Assembly (NCBI GenBank): GCA_004321845.1
Contig: SHBL01000003.1
Coordinates: 1-42,763 of the forward strand
Direction of reading: 5' to 3'
Length of the DNA stretch: 42,763 nt
DNA from: SAR86 cluster bacterium
GTDB taxonomy: Bacteria > Pseudomonadota > Gammaproteobacteria > Magnimaribacterales > TMED112
In this document: in pieces, positions 41,851 to 42,763 of the stretch
Layout: each line of letters starts with the position of its first letter
Position numbering within the stretch: position 1 is the first letter of the stretch
Position numbers and translations under genes: made by a program
The notes under the pieces: model-generated
Databases searched by the model: none
Told to the model about the DNA's origin: nothing
Seen by the model: only the letters and a program-made list of their open reading frames with translations

Positions 41851-42762
41851 TTAGAGTAATAATGGCATTAAAACAAGAACTTGATTATCGTCACTACTTT
41901 GCACAAGAGCGCTTTTATCGCTTCCAAAACTAACAAGAGATATCTCTTCATCCTCTATAGTGCTTAGAACTTCTTTTAAGTAATTGACATTAAATGCTAT
42001 GTCGAATTGGCTGTTGTCTCCTGTAACGTCGAGTTTTTCTTCTGCCGACTCTTGGTCAGGGTTGTGCGCAGAAACGTCCAACACACCGTTTTCTGATTTA
42101 AGCTTAACTCCCTTAAATTTTTCGCTAGTAAGCACCGAAACTCTAGAAAGAGAATCAAGCATATTTTTTCTATTAAAGGTTATTTTTATGCCATCTCCCT
42201 GAGGAACTACCTGATTATAGTTTGGGTAATTGCCGTCAATAAGTTTTGATTTAAATGTAAAGTTTTTAGACATAAAAACTATGTTGTTAGCATTTATATA
42301 GAACTGAATATCGTCGTTTTGTTTCGGTAGAATTTTCATTAATTCTACCACTGTTTTTCTTGGTATTATGCCCGAGAAATTGCCAATACTATCAAGGCTA
42401 GACTTATAAATCGATAGTCTATGTGCATCTGTAGCTACCATATTTAGTGAGCTTTCAGTTTTTTCGAACAAACAACCATTAAGATAGTGTCTCCAATCTT
42501 GGTTTGCCATTGCGAATGAAGTTTTATGAAAAAGCTCTAGTAGTTTTTCCGTTGAAACTGGGTGTATTGTGTCACTTTTAATTACATCAAAGTCTGGAAA
42601 GTCTGAGCCTGGGATTGTTGCTAAATTGTAGCGTCCTGATGAAGATTTAACGGTAAGTTTTGAGCTTTCTTCGTTTAGTTCAAATGAAACTTGCCCTTCT
42701 GGTAATTCGCGTATTATGTCTGCAGCTTTTTTTGCAGGTATGGTGGTTTCTCCTGGGGTAAT
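41851..42762 (-). CDS. dnaN: DNA polymerase III beta sliding clamp (5'-truncated by window edge)
   Basis: Frame stays open beyond 42510 to the window end (..PGETTIPAKK..LP..DFPDF..FAMANQDWRHYLNG..ATDAHRL..IIPRK..SKLIDGNYPNY..LMPL). Confidence 0.97.
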   Translation of the reverse strand: MTPGETTIPAKKAADIIRELPEGQVSFELNEESSKLTVKSSSGRYNLATIPGSDFPDFDVIKSDTIHPVSTEKLLELFHKTSFAMANQDWRHYLNGCLFEKTESSLNMVATDAHRLSIYKSSLDSIGNFSGIIPRKTVVELMKILPKQNDDIQFYINANNIVFMSKNFTFKSKLIDGNYPNYNQVVPQGDGIKITFNRKNMLDSLSRVSVLTSEKFKGVKLKSENGVLDVSAHNPDQESAEEKLDVTGDNSQFDIAFNVNYLKEVLSTIEDEEISLVSFGSDKSALVQSSDDNQVLVLMPLLL

Positions 42763-42763
42763 T

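Overview
AT-rich (roughly one-third GC by eye), gene-dense, origin-proximal chromosomal segment of a streamlined gammaproteobacterium. A SAR86-like marine lineage is my inference from composition, compaction and gene order. It carries almost only housekeeping genes: ubiE-ubiB-tatABC; acs-LOG-fba(class I)-pgk-tkt; dapF-xerC-HAD-ubiK-like; cytochrome c5-dsbA-engB-polA-dsbB-pckA-gshA-quinone oxidoreductase; an aa3/caa3-type cytochrome c oxidase cluster; yheV-aroE-hemF-tsaC-purE; def-fmt-trkA-trkH; lpxL; glyQS; and gyrB-recF-dnaN(partial). I saw no mobile element, CRISPR array, rRNA or tRNA. Best leads not explained by the ORF track: (1) two copies of an identical variant parS 16-mer, in opposite orientation, inside recF; (2) a micro-locus between tatC and acs with an unannotated ArfA-like 44-aa ORF, a promoter/operator repeat, a 98-aa secreted protein and a 25-aa basic peptide ORF; (3) a 15-bp motif shared (14/15) between that promoter and the cox operon promoter; (4) an alpha2-type GlyRS at the glyQ-glyS locus; (5) a short, insertion-less GyrB; (6) ultra-compact bidirectional, near-leaderless promoters. 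No large multi-gene novel system is demonstrable from the sequence alone.
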